A stretch of 64,000 bases of DNA from Candidatus Roizmanbacteria bacterium GW2011_GWC1_37_12. GTDB taxonomy: Bacteria > Patescibacteriota > Microgenomatia > UBA1406 > GWC2-37-13. A model generated the notes under the pieces. That model searched no databases, was not told the origin of the DNA, and saw nothing but the letters and a program-made list of their open reading frames with translations. Shown here in pieces: positions 9,310-19,305 of the stretch (the stretch's first letter is position 1; the number at the start of each line of letters is the position of its first letter). The stretch is from the NCBI GenBank assembly GCA_000991135.1, contig LBST01000006.1, positions 46,663 to 110,662 of the forward strand. The letters are read 5' to 3'. The translations under genes were made by a program, and so were the position numbers.

Positions 9310-10734
9310 ATGGCCAAAAAAACTTTTTATATTACTACCACCGCTCCTTATGTCAATGCTGATCCGCACATCGGTTTTGCTCTAGAAATCATCCAGGCCG
9401 ACGCCATCGCCAGATTTCATAGGCAATTCGGGGACGAGGTAGCTTTTGGTTTTGGAACTGACGAGCACGGCTTGAAAATTTATCGGAAAGCACTTGAGGC
9501 AAAAAAAGACCCGCTTAAATACTGTAGTGAATATGCTAAAAAATTTGACGATTTAAGAAAAGCTCTGAACCTAAGCACAACTCATTTTATTCGAACCACT
9601 GACAAACCACATATCAAAGCTGCTCAAGAATTTTGGAATCGTTGTTTTAAAAATGGAGATATTTACAAAAAAAATTATCGAATCAAGTACTGTGTTGGCT
9701 GCGAACTTGAAAAAACCGACTCTGAACTTTCTGATGGAAAATGCCCGGTTCACCCCAACCTAAAAATAGAAAACTATGAAGAAGAAAACTATTTTTTCCG
9801 ATTTTCCAAATACCAAAAAAAACTTCTAGAACTCTATGAAAAAAATCCTGATTTTGTCTTTCCTAAAAACAGACTTCTAGAGATAAAAACCTTTGTCGAA
9901 AAAGGACTTGAAGATTTTAGCGTTTCTCGATTAAAGAAAAAAATGCCTTGGGGTGTTGACGTCCCTAATGATCCAGAACACGTTATGTATGTCTGGTTCG
10001 ATGCTCTGGTTTTCTATATCTCAAATATTGGCTGGCCAGAAAATGAAAAAGAATTCGATTTATGGTGGCCAGTGATTCAAGTAGCAGGCAAAGACAATTT
10101 GAGACAACAATCAGCTATCTGGCAGGCGATGTTGATGTCAGCTGGATTACCAAATTCAAAACAAATATTTATCCATGGATTTATTACATCTAATGGACAA
10201 AAGATGAGTAAAAGCCTCGGCAATGTCATTAATCCATTCGACTTGGTAAAAAAATATGGGAGTGATACCGTCCGATATTACCTCTTAAAAGAAATTCCCT
10301 CTTTTGACGACGGCGATTTTTCATATCGAAGAATGGATGAGATCTACAACGCCGATCTCGCAAATGAACTAGGAAATTTAGTTTCTCGGTTAACAAATCT
10401 TGGAGAAACAGATAGTTTAACTGTCACCGATAAAACAATTGAACAATATAACAATAAAACGATAAAACAATATAACAATTTCCAATTCAACCTTATTCTC
10501 GAAAACATCTGGAAGCAAATAAAAACTCTTAATAAAACCATTGACGACTTTGCTCCATGGAAAAAAACACCTGAAGACAGAAAAGATTTTTTACTTCAAT
10601 GTTTCAAAACATTAAAATCCATTGCTTGGCAACTAGAACCATTTCTTCCGGAAACCGCCGAAAAAATAATTATAGCGGCAACATCAATAACAAAAATTAA
10701 AAAAATTCCTCCACTTTTTCCCAGATTGAAATGA
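9310..10734 (+). CDS. metG: Methionine--tRNA ligase (short form)
   Basis: YITT..PYVNADPHIG, GTDEHG, YVWFDAL, KMSKS. Confidence 0.96.
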   Translation: MAKKTFYITTTAPYVNADPHIGFALEIIQADAIARFHRQFGDEVAFGFGTDEHGLKIYRKALEAKKDPLKYCSEYAKKFDDLRKALNLSTTHFIRTTDKPHIKAAQEFWNRCFKNGDIYKKNYRIKYCVGCELEKTDSELSDGKCPVHPNLKIENYEEENYFFRFSKYQKKLLELYEKNPDFVFPKNRLLEIKTFVEKGLEDFSVSRLKKKMPWGVDVPNDPEHVMYVWFDALVFYISNIGWPENEKEFDLWWPVIQVAGKDNLRQQSAIWQAMLMSAGLPNSKQIFIHGFITSNGQKMSKSLGNVINPFDLVKKYGSDTVRYYLLKEIPSFDDGDFSYRRMDEIYNADLANELGNLVSRLTNLGETDSLTVTDKTIEQYNNKTIKQYNNFQFNLILENIWKQIKTLNKTIDDFAPWKKTPEDRKDFLLQCFKTLKSIAWQLEPFLPETAEKIIIAATSITKIKKIPPLFPRLK

Positions 10735-12941
10735 AAAACATCGATCAAATAAAAGAAATCATTAAAAAAAGAAAACGAAGGATTGCATCTTTAGGATTTT
10801 TGGCAGCTTTTTTCTTTGTCTTTTTTTATATTTTTTTTAATCTCCCTAATCCTTATAAACTAAAAGATTTCCAAGCAACTCCTCTATCGACACAGATATT
10901 TGACAGAAACGGAAAACTTCTCTATGACATTTATAAAGAGCAAAACCGCACTGCGGTAAAACTCAAAGACTTGCCCAAATATATTTCTCAAGCGACGATC
11001 GCCATCGAAGACAAAGATTTTTATAAACACCAAGGCGTTTCTTTGTTGGGCGGAATTTTAAGAGCGGTCAAAGATACCTTTCTAACAACAAAAGTCCAAG
11101 GAGGATCGACAATCACTCAACAACTAATCAAAACGTCTCTTCTTACTCCTGAAAGAACCATTAGGCGAAAAATCAGAGAAATCATTCTCGCTCTCTTTAC
11201 TGAAAAAATATACACCAAGGATGAAATATTGGAAATGTATCTCAATCAAGTTCCTTACGGAGGCGCTGCTTACGGCATCGAACAGGCAAGTATGTTGTAT
11301 TTTGACAAATCAGCCAAAAAGCTTTCGCTCGCAGAAGCAGCCTTTTTGGCCGGACTGCCCCAAGCTCCGTCTTTGTATTCGCCATATTTAAATCCCGAGC
11401 TTTCCCTAAATCGAAAAAATACTGTTTTGAAACAGTTGTATGAAGAAAAATATATTGACAAGAAAACTTATGAAAAGGCGCAAAAGGAAAAATTAGATAT
11501 TAAACCGCCAAAAAATATTATCAAAGCTCCCCACTTTGTTTTTTATGTGAAAAAAATTCTCGAAGAAAAATATGGAAAAGAAACTGTTGAAGAAGGGGGA
11601 CTCAAAGTCACGACCACCCTTGATCTCACTATCCAAGAAGAGGCAGAAAAAATTCTCAAAGAAGAACAAGAGAAAGTAAAGGATTTGGATGTTTCAAATG
11701 GAGCTGTCCTTGTCACCCGGCCGCCTACGGGCGAAATTCTGGCAATGATCGGATCGGTTGATTACTTTGCCGAGGGTAGCGGAGCCTTTAATGTGACAAC
11801 CGCCCTTCGCCAGCCGGGGAGCTCGATCAAGCCGATAAACTATGCTATCGGCCTGGATAGAAAATTGGTGACGCCGGCAACGGTATTCATCGACTCGCCT
11901 ACTTGCTTTACCGGAGGCGGACAACCGCAAGGATACTGTCCAGTCAACTATGACGGCAAGTTTCATGGACCCCAGGCTCTAAGATTTTCCCTCGGAAATT
12001 CCTACAATATTCCCGCGGTTAAGATGCTTGCCGTCAACGGCGTCAAAGAATTTGTTGCTTCTGCCTCAGCCTTTGGAATCACTACTTTTAAAGACTCTAA
12101 AAATTATGGCTTGTCACTGACTCTTGGCGGCGGAGAAGTAAGAATGACCGAGATGGCCCAGGCTTTTTCCGCCTTTGCCAACCGGGGAAAAGTGAAAAAG
12201 CTGATCGAAATTTTGAAAATTGAAGATAAATTGGGAAAAACTTTATATAAATTTGAAAACCCGAATTTTGTCGCTGATGTTAAAAAATCGATGACGGCTC
12301 CAAGTTCGCTTTCCATTACCGGGCAAAAAGCAATCACTCCTGAAACTGCTTTCTTGATTTCCCATATTCTTTTGGACAACAACGCCAGGTCATCTGCTTT
12401 TGGCGAATCGTCCTATCTAAATGTCCGCGGACACGCCGTCTCAGTCAAAACCGGAACCACCGACGACAAACGGGATAACTGGACGATCGGCTACACCCCC
12501 AACTTCCTAACCGCAGTCTGGGTCGGCAACAATGACAATACTCCGATGAATCCATATTTGACATCGGGGGTGACTGGAGCGGCACCGATTTGGAATCGAG
12601 TCATGAGCTATGTTTTAAAAAATCAGTCTGATCTTTGGCCTATCCGACCCGACACTGTTATCGGCCGCCAGGTCTGTTGGGATTCAGGAGATCTGGCAGG
12701 AAAGACAGAAGATGGCAAGGAAAATTGCTCTGCTCGTTTTGAATACTTTATCAAAGACAGCGAGCCTAAAGAATCCCATATTTCTAAACAAACAATCGCC
12801 GTGACGCGCGACGATAAGCTGGCGCCGATTAACTGGCCCGATGTTGAAATGAAAGAAAAAACCATTATCAAGGATATGTTTGGATTTTACTGCGTCGACT
12901 GTTCCCACGAAAACGAACCACCACAAACTATTAGACTATGA
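10731..12941 (+). CDS. Class A penicillin-binding protein (transglycosylase/transpeptidase)
   Basis: EDKDFYKH, GGSTITQQL, RKIRE, SSIK (SxxK), SYN, KTGT. Confidence 0.95.
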   Translation: MKNIDQIKEIIKKRKRRIASLGFLAAFFFVFFYIFFNLPNPYKLKDFQATPLSTQIFDRNGKLLYDIYKEQNRTAVKLKDLPKYISQATIAIEDKDFYKHQGVSLLGGILRAVKDTFLTTKVQGGSTITQQLIKTSLLTPERTIRRKIREIILALFTEKIYTKDEILEMYLNQVPYGGAAYGIEQASMLYFDKSAKKLSLAEAAFLAGLPQAPSLYSPYLNPELSLNRKNTVLKQLYEEKYIDKKTYEKAQKEKLDIKPPKNIIKAPHFVFYVKKILEEKYGKETVEEGGLKVTTTLDLTIQEEAEKILKEEQEKVKDLDVSNGAVLVTRPPTGEILAMIGSVDYFAEGSGAFNVTTALRQPGSSIKPINYAIGLDRKLVTPATVFIDSPTCFTGGGQPQGYCPVNYDGKFHGPQALRFSLGNSYNIPAVKMLAVNGVKEFVASASAFGITTFKDSKNYGLSLTLGGGEVRMTEMAQAFSAFANRGKVKKLIEILKIEDKLGKTLYKFENPNFVADVKKSMTAPSSLSITGQKAITPETAFLISHILLDNNARSSAFGESSYLNVRGHAVSVKTGTTDDKRDNWTIGYTPNFLTAVWVGNNDNTPMNPYLTSGVTGAAPIWNRVMSYVLKNQSDLWPIRPDTVIGRQVCWDSGDLAGKTEDGKENCSARFEYFIKDSEPKESHISKQTIAVTRDDKLAPINWPDVEMKEKTIIKDMFGFYCVDCSHENEPPQTIRL

Positions 12942-13327
12942 ACTACCCTGATTTTTATAAAAATATTAAAACGATTGCCATCGTAGGTTTATCTGATAAA
13001 TCTGATCGGCCTTCATACAAAGTTTGTAAATATTTAATGGAACACGGCTTTAAGATTATTCCTGTCAATCCTAATATCGAATCAGTCTTTGGTTTAAAAA
13101 GTTTTCAGAATTTAAAAGATATAAAAGAACCTATCGATGTCGTTGATATTTTTCGAAAATCAGAATTTGTCGAACCTATCGTCGATGAAGCAATCAAAAT
13201 CGGTGCTAAGTCAATCTGGATGCAGGAAGGCGTTGTCAATGAAGTCGCCGCCGCCAAAGCCCGTTCTGCCGGATTAACTGTTGTCATGAACATGTGCATG
13301 ATGAAAGAATACAAAAAAATCATTTGA
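12938..13327 (+). CDS. CoA-binding protein (YccU-like)
   Basis: IAIVGLS..RPSY, IPVNP, DVVDIFR, WMQEG. Confidence 0.9.
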   Translation: MNYPDFYKNIKTIAIVGLSDKSDRPSYKVCKYLMEHGFKIIPVNPNIESVFGLKSFQNLKDIKEPIDVVDIFRKSEFVEPIVDEAIKIGAKSIWMQEGVVNEVAAAKARSAGLTVVMNMCMMKEYKKII

Positions 13328-13358
13328 CAATTAAATAATATACTAGTATACTAGTATA
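13324..13358 (+). promoter_or_regulatory. Promoter TTGACA-17-TATACT overlapped by a perfect 20-bp trp-operator-like palindrome TATACTAGTATACTAGTATA
   Basis: -35 at 13324-13329, -10 at 13347-13352; palindrome 13339-13358 has two ACTAG half-sites like the E. coli trp operator. Confidence 0.85.
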
Positions 13359-13363
13359 CAAAT

Positions 13364-13609
13364 ATGAACAAAGTAGGGGAGCTTATTGAGTCTTTTTTGA
13401 AAAATAAGACAAGCGCTGAAATGCTTGATTTTTTAAAAGGCATTTTAACACCACATGAGTTTGAAAAACTGGTAACAAGATTGCAAATAGTAAAACTATT
13501 AAAAAAAGGCCTCCCCCACCAAGAGATCGCCCGCCGATTAAAAGTTGGTGTGGCCACGGTGACAAGAGGGTCTAGGGAATTAAGAATGGGAAGATTTAAA
13601 AAAATATGA
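13364..13609 (+). CDS. trpR: TrpR-family repressor
   Basis: LTPHE..L..RLQIV.LL..GLPHQEIA..L.VGVATVTRGS matches the TrpR HTH signature. Confidence 0.85.
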   Translation: MNKVGELIESFLKNKTSAEMLDFLKGILTPHEFEKLVTRLQIVKLLKKGLPHQEIARRLKVGVATVTRGSRELRMGRFKKI

Positions 13610-13656
13610 AAAACAAAATATTTTCAAATAATTGGTGGATAGATTCCCTCTGGTGA
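13606..13656 (+). CDS. Trp leader peptide MKNKIFSNNWWIDSLW
   Basis: 16 codons with tandem TGG TGG plus a third Trp; ATG overlaps the trpR stop (ATGA). Confidence 0.85.
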   Translation: MKNKIFSNNWWIDSLW

Positions 13657-13708
13657 AGCAGATGATTTTTTGGTGGTCAAACCTCTGCTTCAAGCGGAGG
13701 CTTTTTTT
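13654..13708 (+). terminator. Trp attenuator (antiterminator/terminator)
   Basis: TGAAGCAGA (13654-62) pairs with TCTGCTTCA (13684-92); alternative terminator CCTCTGC-TTCAA-GCGGAGG followed by C and a T7 run. Confidence 0.85.
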
Positions 13709-13724
13709 ATTAATAGTTCAAATT

Positions 13725-13800
13725 GTCATTGCGAGCGTCAGCGAAGCAATCTCAAAAATAGATCCCTCGCTTCCCTTCCAGGGTAAACGCTCGGGATGAC
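13725..13800. repeat. GTCAT...ATGAC double-hairpin repeat (divergent member)
   Basis: GTCATTGCGAG..GAAGCAATCT / GATCCCTCG..CTCGGGATGAC, same layout as the 50459 element. Confidence 0.65.
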
Positions 13801-13812
13801 GGGAGGAGAAAT

Positions 13813-15120
13813 ATGAAAAACACAAAAATAACATTATCAGATTCGGAAATTCCGGAATATTACCTAAATATTTCTTATTATTTAAGCAAATATCTTAAGA
13901 AACTTCCGGAGCCGCCTTTAAATCCAGGGACCAAAAAGCCTGTCGGCCCAGCGGATTTGTCAGCGATTTTTCCAATGGAACTAATCAAGCAGGAAGTGTC
14001 ACTTGAAGAAAAAATCAGGATTCCCGAAGAAGTCAGGGAGCTATACAAACTTTACCGGCCGACTCCATTGATTCGCGCCTTTAGGCTGGAAAAATTCTTG
14101 GATACACCCGCTCATATCTATTATAAATACGAGGGAGCAGCGCCAACCGGTGCTCATAAACTAAATACCGCGATCGCCCAGGCTTATTACAACAAAAAGG
14201 AAGGCGTAAAAACCCTGGCGACGGAAACCGGAGCCGGCCAGTGGGGTTCGGCTCTTGCCCTGGCTGCCAATTTCTTTGAAATGAAGTTGGTCGTCTTTAT
14301 GGTAAGAGTCAGTTTGGACCAAAAACCTTTCCGAAAAACCGTTATGGAGACGTACGGCGCCGAAGTCTTTGCCAGTCCGTCGGAAAAGACAGAGTTTGGT
14401 AAGAAAATTTTAAAAACCAATCCCGATCATCCGGGCAGTCTAGGTATTGCCATCAGCGAGGCTCTGGAAACTGTCGTAAAAAATAAAGGCTATAAATATT
14501 CTCTCGGCAGCGTCCTGAATCACGTTTTGCTTCATCAAACAGTGGTCGGGCTTGAAGCAAAGAAACAGATGGAAAAAGACGGAGAATATCCGGATGTCAT
14601 CATCGGCTGCGTCGGCGGCGGCAGTAATTTTGCCGGCATTGCTTTTCCTTTTATGACAGATAAATTAAAAGCCAAAAAGAAAGTCCGTTTCATCGGCGTC
14701 GAACCGTCATCTTGTCCGTCTTTAACCAAAGGCAGGTATAAATACGACTTTGGCGATACCGCCCAGATGACGCCGCTTTTAAAAATGCATACTTTGGGAT
14801 CGGACTTTGTCCCTTCACCCATTCATGCCGGAGGATTGCGTTATCACGGCATGGCGCCATTGATTTCGTTTTTATACAACGAAAAACTAATGGAGGCAGT
14901 TGCCTATGAGCAAAATCCTGTTTTTCAAGCCGGAGTCGATTTTGCCCGTACTGAAGGGATCATTCCGGCGCCCGAGTCAAACCATGCTATAAAAGCGACC
15001 ATCGACGAAGCTCTAAAAGCTAAAAAAGAGGGAAAGAAAAAAATAATTCTTTTCAACCTTTCCGGTCACGGCCTTTTAGATCTCAACGGTTATGACAAAT
15101 TTTTACACAAAAAATTATAA
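13813..15120 (+). CDS. trpB: Stand-alone tryptophan synthase beta chain type 2 (TrpB2)
   Basis: [16 protein letters not shown] (PLP Lys), [39 protein letters not shown]; no trpA in the window. Confidence 0.93.
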   Translation: MKNTKITLSDSEIPEYYLNISYYLSKYLKKLPEPPLNPGTKKPVGPADLSAIFPMELIKQEVSLEEKIRIPEEVRELYKLYRPTPLIRAFRLEKFLDTPAHIYYKYEGAAPTGAHKLNTAIAQAYYNKKEGVKTLATETGAGQWGSALALAANFFEMKLVVFMVRVSLDQKPFRKTVMETYGAEVFASPSEKTEFGKKILKTNPDHPGSLGIAISEALETVVKNKGYKYSLGSVLNHVLLHQTVVGLEAKKQMEKDGEYPDVIIGCVGGGSNFAGIAFPFMTDKLKAKKKVRFIGVEPSSCPSLTKGRYKYDFGDTAQMTPLLKMHTLGSDFVPSPIHAGGLRYHGMAPLISFLYNEKLMEAVAYEQNPVFQAGVDFARTEGIIPAPESNHAIKATIDEALKAKKEGKKKIILFNLSGHGLLDLNGYDKFLHKKL

Positions 15121-15135
15121 ATCTAAAGTAAAAAA

Positions 15136-16095
15136 ATGGCAGAGAAGAAAAGTGTTACAAAAATGTGGAGCGCTTTAAATCCTTCTATATTTGAAAGGGG
15201 TAGCTTTACTATGTTGTTTAAAAAACTAGAATTACTAAGTGTTGCTCATACAGTTGCTGACTTAGTTATGCCAAATAATGGGGCTATAGAAAATTTATAT
15301 CTAATAGGCTGCGCCACTGCCAATCGAGAAATAAGAGTAATAAAACAAGCTAATCAATCCTTAGTAAATAAAATTTGTATGAAGAATGTTCAAGCAATAG
15401 ACATTGCCCCTCAACTATTAGCTGTTGCTGATAAAAGATTAAGTTTGTTGAAATTATTTGGCTTAGTGAAAAATTACACAACCCAACAACTTTCTGCAGA
15501 ACAAATCAAATTTACAAAAAATAAAATGAATAGCTTAGCTATTTTAGGTATATACGATTTAAATGGTCTTCTAAAAGAAGGATCAGAAAAAAATGACGAG
15601 CCTTTAGGACTTGATGAATATTCAGGTCCAATGAGAGATGTGCTTGGAGAGTTAACTCAAATTTCATCCCTTCAATATTTAAATAGTGAGTTCAAAGAAA
15701 AAGAATTAATAGCAGATTATGATAGTTCTGCTCCTAATCATAATAATAATAAAATAAGAGAAAAACTTAGAAATTATCATAGTAGCAATACTGATATTTG
15801 CGCAATGAGAATAGCAATAAAGCATAAATCTAATCCTGATTCACCTGTTTTTGTCTCAACTTGGTTTAATTTAGTAATGATGAAATCCATCTTTCAAGAA
15901 TTAGGATTAGATTGTCAAATTAATTCATTAGATAGCGATAAAGGGGCTGTTCTTGTTGTCACTAAAAAAGGTTTTCGAAAGGATTATGGAGCATCAAATA
16001 TTGCACTTGCTCTCAATAATGTTTTTGGTAACTTGGCAAACGATCGAATCTTAACTAATTTTGCAAGAAAACTTGTTACATTTTGCAACAACTAA
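15136..16095 (+). CDS. Hypothetical protein, possibly class I SAM-dependent methyltransferase fold
   Basis: LYLIGCATAN and VQAIDIAPQLL resemble SAM-binding motifs I and II. Confidence 0.45.
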   Translation: MAEKKSVTKMWSALNPSIFERGSFTMLFKKLELLSVAHTVADLVMPNNGAIENLYLIGCATANREIRVIKQANQSLVNKICMKNVQAIDIAPQLLAVADKRLSLLKLFGLVKNYTTQQLSAEQIKFTKNKMNSLAILGIYDLNGLLKEGSEKNDEPLGLDEYSGPMRDVLGELTQISSLQYLNSEFKEKELIADYDSSAPNHNNNKIREKLRNYHSSNTDICAMRIAIKHKSNPDSPVFVSTWFNLVMMKSIFQELGLDCQINSLDSDKGAVLVVTKKGFRKDYGASNIALALNNVFGNLANDRILTNFARKLVTFCNN

Positions 16096-16099
16096 AAAT

Positions 16100-17275
16100 A
16101 TGAAAAAACAAAGAATAATTATTATCGGTGGAGGATCAACTGGATTATCTACAGCTATAAATTTAGCTAAATTTAATGAAAATGAAATAATAGTTTTAGA
16201 AAAATCTTTTGTTGGCTCTGGACAAACAGGTCAATGTTGTGGTTTTGTCAGAACATTTTACAATAAAAAAGAGATGGCTTTTTCCGCTTTTAAAAGTAAT
16301 CAGGAAATTAAAAGAATTTCAAAGCAAAATAATGATATTGAATATATTAAAAAGGGACTTTTAGTTATAAACAGTTTAAAAAATAAAAATCTGTTGATGG
16401 AAAACATCAAAATGTTAAGGTCATTAGGAATTAAGGCAGAATATCTAGAGAATAAACAACTTAATAAAATTAATCCATACATAAAAACTGAAAATAGTTA
16501 CGCCGGATTTGACCCAGAAGCCGGGTATGTGAATTCACGTCTCGTAGTAGATTACTTAAAAAATCAATGCGAAAATTTAGGAGTTAAAATAATTGAAAAT
16601 ACTAAAGTTTTAAATATTAGACTTAAAAAGAAAATTTTTTATATAAGGACTAATAAAGGCGAACTTAAGGCTGCTAAAGTATTTAACGCCACTGCAGCTT
16701 ACTCAAACAAGATCAATTCTTTTTTTGACTTTCAACTTCCTATAAAAATAGTAAAAACCAATAACTGTTTTTATAGACTACCAATGGGCCCACAAAGATT
16801 TACAACTGCGATCGCTGATTTTGTTAACCTTTTCTATATAATTCCCCATAAAGAGTTTATCGATGTAAGTTCACTCACTGTTGATTTAAAAAAACAAGTA
16901 AATCCTGAAGATAAAAACATCTACAGACTTGATGAAAACGCATCTAAGCAATATTTAAATATAATTTCAAAAAGAATAAAAAATGCTGAGAAATCAAGTC
17001 TCTTGGGAGGTTTTGGTTCATGTATAGATATTAGTCCTGATTATTATCCAATATTAGGCAAAATAGATGAAGTTCCAAATTTCTATTGCGCTACCGGCTT
17101 TAGCGGAACTGGCTTTAAACATTTTCCTATGATTGGAATTCTTATGGCAGAAACTATTCTTGAAAAAAAACCAACTTATCCAAACCTAGTATCATATTTT
17201 AATTATAAAAGATTTGAGAAAGAAAAGGAAAAAGAAAGGAAAAAGGTAACCGATAGTTATTTCGTAAAAAAATAA
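16100..17275 (+). CDS. FAD-dependent oxidoreductase (DAO/glycine/sarcosine oxidase family)
   Basis: IIIIGGGSTG, VLEK, SPDYYPILG, ATGFSGTGFK. Confidence 0.88.
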   Translation: MKKQRIIIIGGGSTGLSTAINLAKFNENEIIVLEKSFVGSGQTGQCCGFVRTFYNKKEMAFSAFKSNQEIKRISKQNNDIEYIKKGLLVINSLKNKNLLMENIKMLRSLGIKAEYLENKQLNKINPYIKTENSYAGFDPEAGYVNSRLVVDYLKNQCENLGVKIIENTKVLNIRLKKKIFYIRTNKGELKAAKVFNATAAYSNKINSFFDFQLPIKIVKTNNCFYRLPMGPQRFTTAIADFVNLFYIIPHKEFIDVSSLTVDLKKQVNPEDKNIYRLDENASKQYLNIISKRIKNAEKSSLLGGFGSCIDISPDYYPILGKIDEVPNFYCATGFSGTGFKHFPMIGILMAETILEKKPTYPNLVSYFNYKRFEKEKEKERKKVTDSYFVKK

Positions 17276-17276
17276 T

Positions 17277-18872
17277 ATGTTAAGCAAATATGAAATAAGT
17301 CGAGGCGGGAGAGTAAAGGCAGCAGGACTTTCTCTGGCAATGTTCACCGATCCTGCTGAGGCATATTTTGGCCATCCAAATGCAATTAATGCTGCAATGA
17401 TGATAGAGACCTTTACAAGGCTTCGCAAATCACCACCAGATGCAATTCGGAATCGTTTTTTTCCTCGCAATCATTCAACTCATGGTATGTTGAAAAATGG
17501 CGCTGCACTATCTCGAACATCAATTACTAATCATCAAGGGATAGGACAATTTTTAGCACATAGCGAAAAAGACGGAACACAAACGGAAACCCAACTGAGA
17601 ATTGATATTGCAGAACAAACTGGTTTTGTAATTCTTGAAGCACATTTAGAACATCAGATAAACAAACTTCAATATCCTTATGGTATGTACTCAAAAATAC
17701 AGGAAGTGAAAGAGTATTTTGCCAGCGGTAATATTCCTGAAGCCCAATTAGCATATGAAAGACTTTTGCTTGCCGGAGAAGAGCTTGGCATCCAAGTTCA
17801 AAGAACGGCAAAAGTGGGACGTGAAGGTTTATTTTTTATTCACCCAAGCATTTCTAGGTTCCCTATTGAGATTGACTCCGCAACTCATGAAAAAATGCAA
17901 CTTAAAGGTAATCAATTAGTTGAAATCATGGTGGAGATAGCTAATCAGAAACAAAAACAATTCGCGTTTGATCATCAATTACCTACACCATTAAATAAAA
18001 TAGATTATCCTCCACTTTATTTTCAAATTGATTTTTTAATCAATAAGGATCGAAGCTTTGCTGTTTCCGATGTTGGCTTGCCAGACGTTGGATTATTTCT
18101 TACCGCTATTGAGAGTGAGGGAAATCAAACGGTTGAGGAAGCAAAACAAACTGTAGCTGGAAGATTGAATAAAGTGTCATTGTCGATATTTAATAAGGCA
18201 ATAGAATACGGTTCAAAAACGATTAGTTTTATCACGAGAAAATCGGTAATAGAAAACCTTGAAGATACTCTAGAAATAAAGGAAATAGAAGTATTACGGG
18301 GTTTGCTTGAAAAAACAGGATTTCAAACAAACATTATCTCTGAAGAACAAGCTCTGGATATGACCCCTGACGATCTTGGCATACTTATGAATGTGGACAC
18401 GTCATCACCTGGTTTTCAAAACCTTCTAAAAAGAAGGCTTGTTGAAGAATCAGTACCCATTCACCCCGACCCTTTTTTATTACTTGCACAAAATGAACTT
18501 ACTGAACTTCCACAAGTTACTGTATCAAAAGAGAGTATTGATTTACTGAGAGGTGTTTTTTCCACAACAGAAAAAACAGATAATATAACAAAATCAGCAG
18601 TTCAACTAGCGGCTGTTGAACGGATTATTAGAAAGTTAGGAATGCCAGATGAATGCGACATTTTTCATATGTACATTCCTGGTCAACCAACTCCCATTCC
18701 ATTTTATCAATTTGACTTAAAAGGATTACAGGTTGCCCTAAACTACGCCGTTGATGCTCCCGAAGTATTACTTAGAGGAATACCTGTCAATCCTGATAAT
18801 GCTGTTCTTTTTGATACTAATGGTAAACCTGTTTATGCAACATTTCGTTATATGTTTAATCAAAAACTATGA
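17277..18872 (+). CDS. Hypothetical protein, possible divergent ATP-grasp/amide-ligase-like C-terminal region
   Basis: 531-aa ORF coupled to its neighbours; YFQIDFLI..F.VSDV segment loosely resembles ATP-grasp ligases. Confidence 0.55.
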   Translation: MLSKYEISRGGRVKAAGLSLAMFTDPAEAYFGHPNAINAAMMIETFTRLRKSPPDAIRNRFFPRNHSTHGMLKNGAALSRTSITNHQGIGQFLAHSEKDGTQTETQLRIDIAEQTGFVILEAHLEHQINKLQYPYGMYSKIQEVKEYFASGNIPEAQLAYERLLLAGEELGIQVQRTAKVGREGLFFIHPSISRFPIEIDSATHEKMQLKGNQLVEIMVEIANQKQKQFAFDHQLPTPLNKIDYPPLYFQIDFLINKDRSFAVSDVGLPDVGLFLTAIESEGNQTVEEAKQTVAGRLNKVSLSIFNKAIEYGSKTISFITRKSVIENLEDTLEIKEIEVLRGLLEKTGFQTNIISEEQALDMTPDDLGILMNVDTSSPGFQNLLKRRLVEESVPIHPDPFLLLAQNELTELPQVTVSKESIDLLRGVFSTTEKTDNITKSAVQLAAVERIIRKLGMPDECDIFHMYIPGQPTPIPFYQFDLKGLQVALNYAVDAPEVLLRGIPVNPDNAVLFDTNGKPVYATFRYMFNQKL

Positions 18873-19258
18873 AATTCTGCACACCAATTAATACGAATAA
18901 TGCGGTGAGGTTTGCCATGAAGTTATTGTTGTCTTCCAAGGAGTCGGTGGACATGACCATGGATATGCAGGGCGAAATAGACCATCCACTGCCGCAAAGG
19001 TATCATCATTTGATAGCACGACTTGTGAAATGTAAGATAACGGTAGCCCGATATATGTACGGAGAAAAAAAATTATTTGAGGAGATTAAGAATCGGTATG
19101 AAGGAGTTCGAGTATATTATGGCGGCAAAATGGACAGGTACCAGCGAATGCTCATTATTGATAAAAAAAAGGGCATGTTTGCGCTGAATGGGAATATATT
19201 TTTCACCACCTTTAAGCCACTTATTAACAGTTTATTTATTTATATTTCAGTTAATTAA
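18869..19258 (+). CDS. Hypothetical protein (PLD-like/TrmB effector-domain-like)
   Basis: ATGA overlap with the upstream gene; RMLIIDKKKGMF strand pattern. Confidence 0.5.
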   Translation: MKFCTPINTNNAVRFAMKLLLSSKESVDMTMDMQGEIDHPLPQRYHHLIARLVKCKITVARYMYGEKKLFEEIKNRYEGVRVYYGGKMDRYQRMLIIDKKKGMFALNGNIFFTTFKPLINSLFIYISVN

Positions 19259-19305
19259 TTAACTGAAACAAATAATTTACAAAATATTTAGGTATAATCA
19301 AAACT

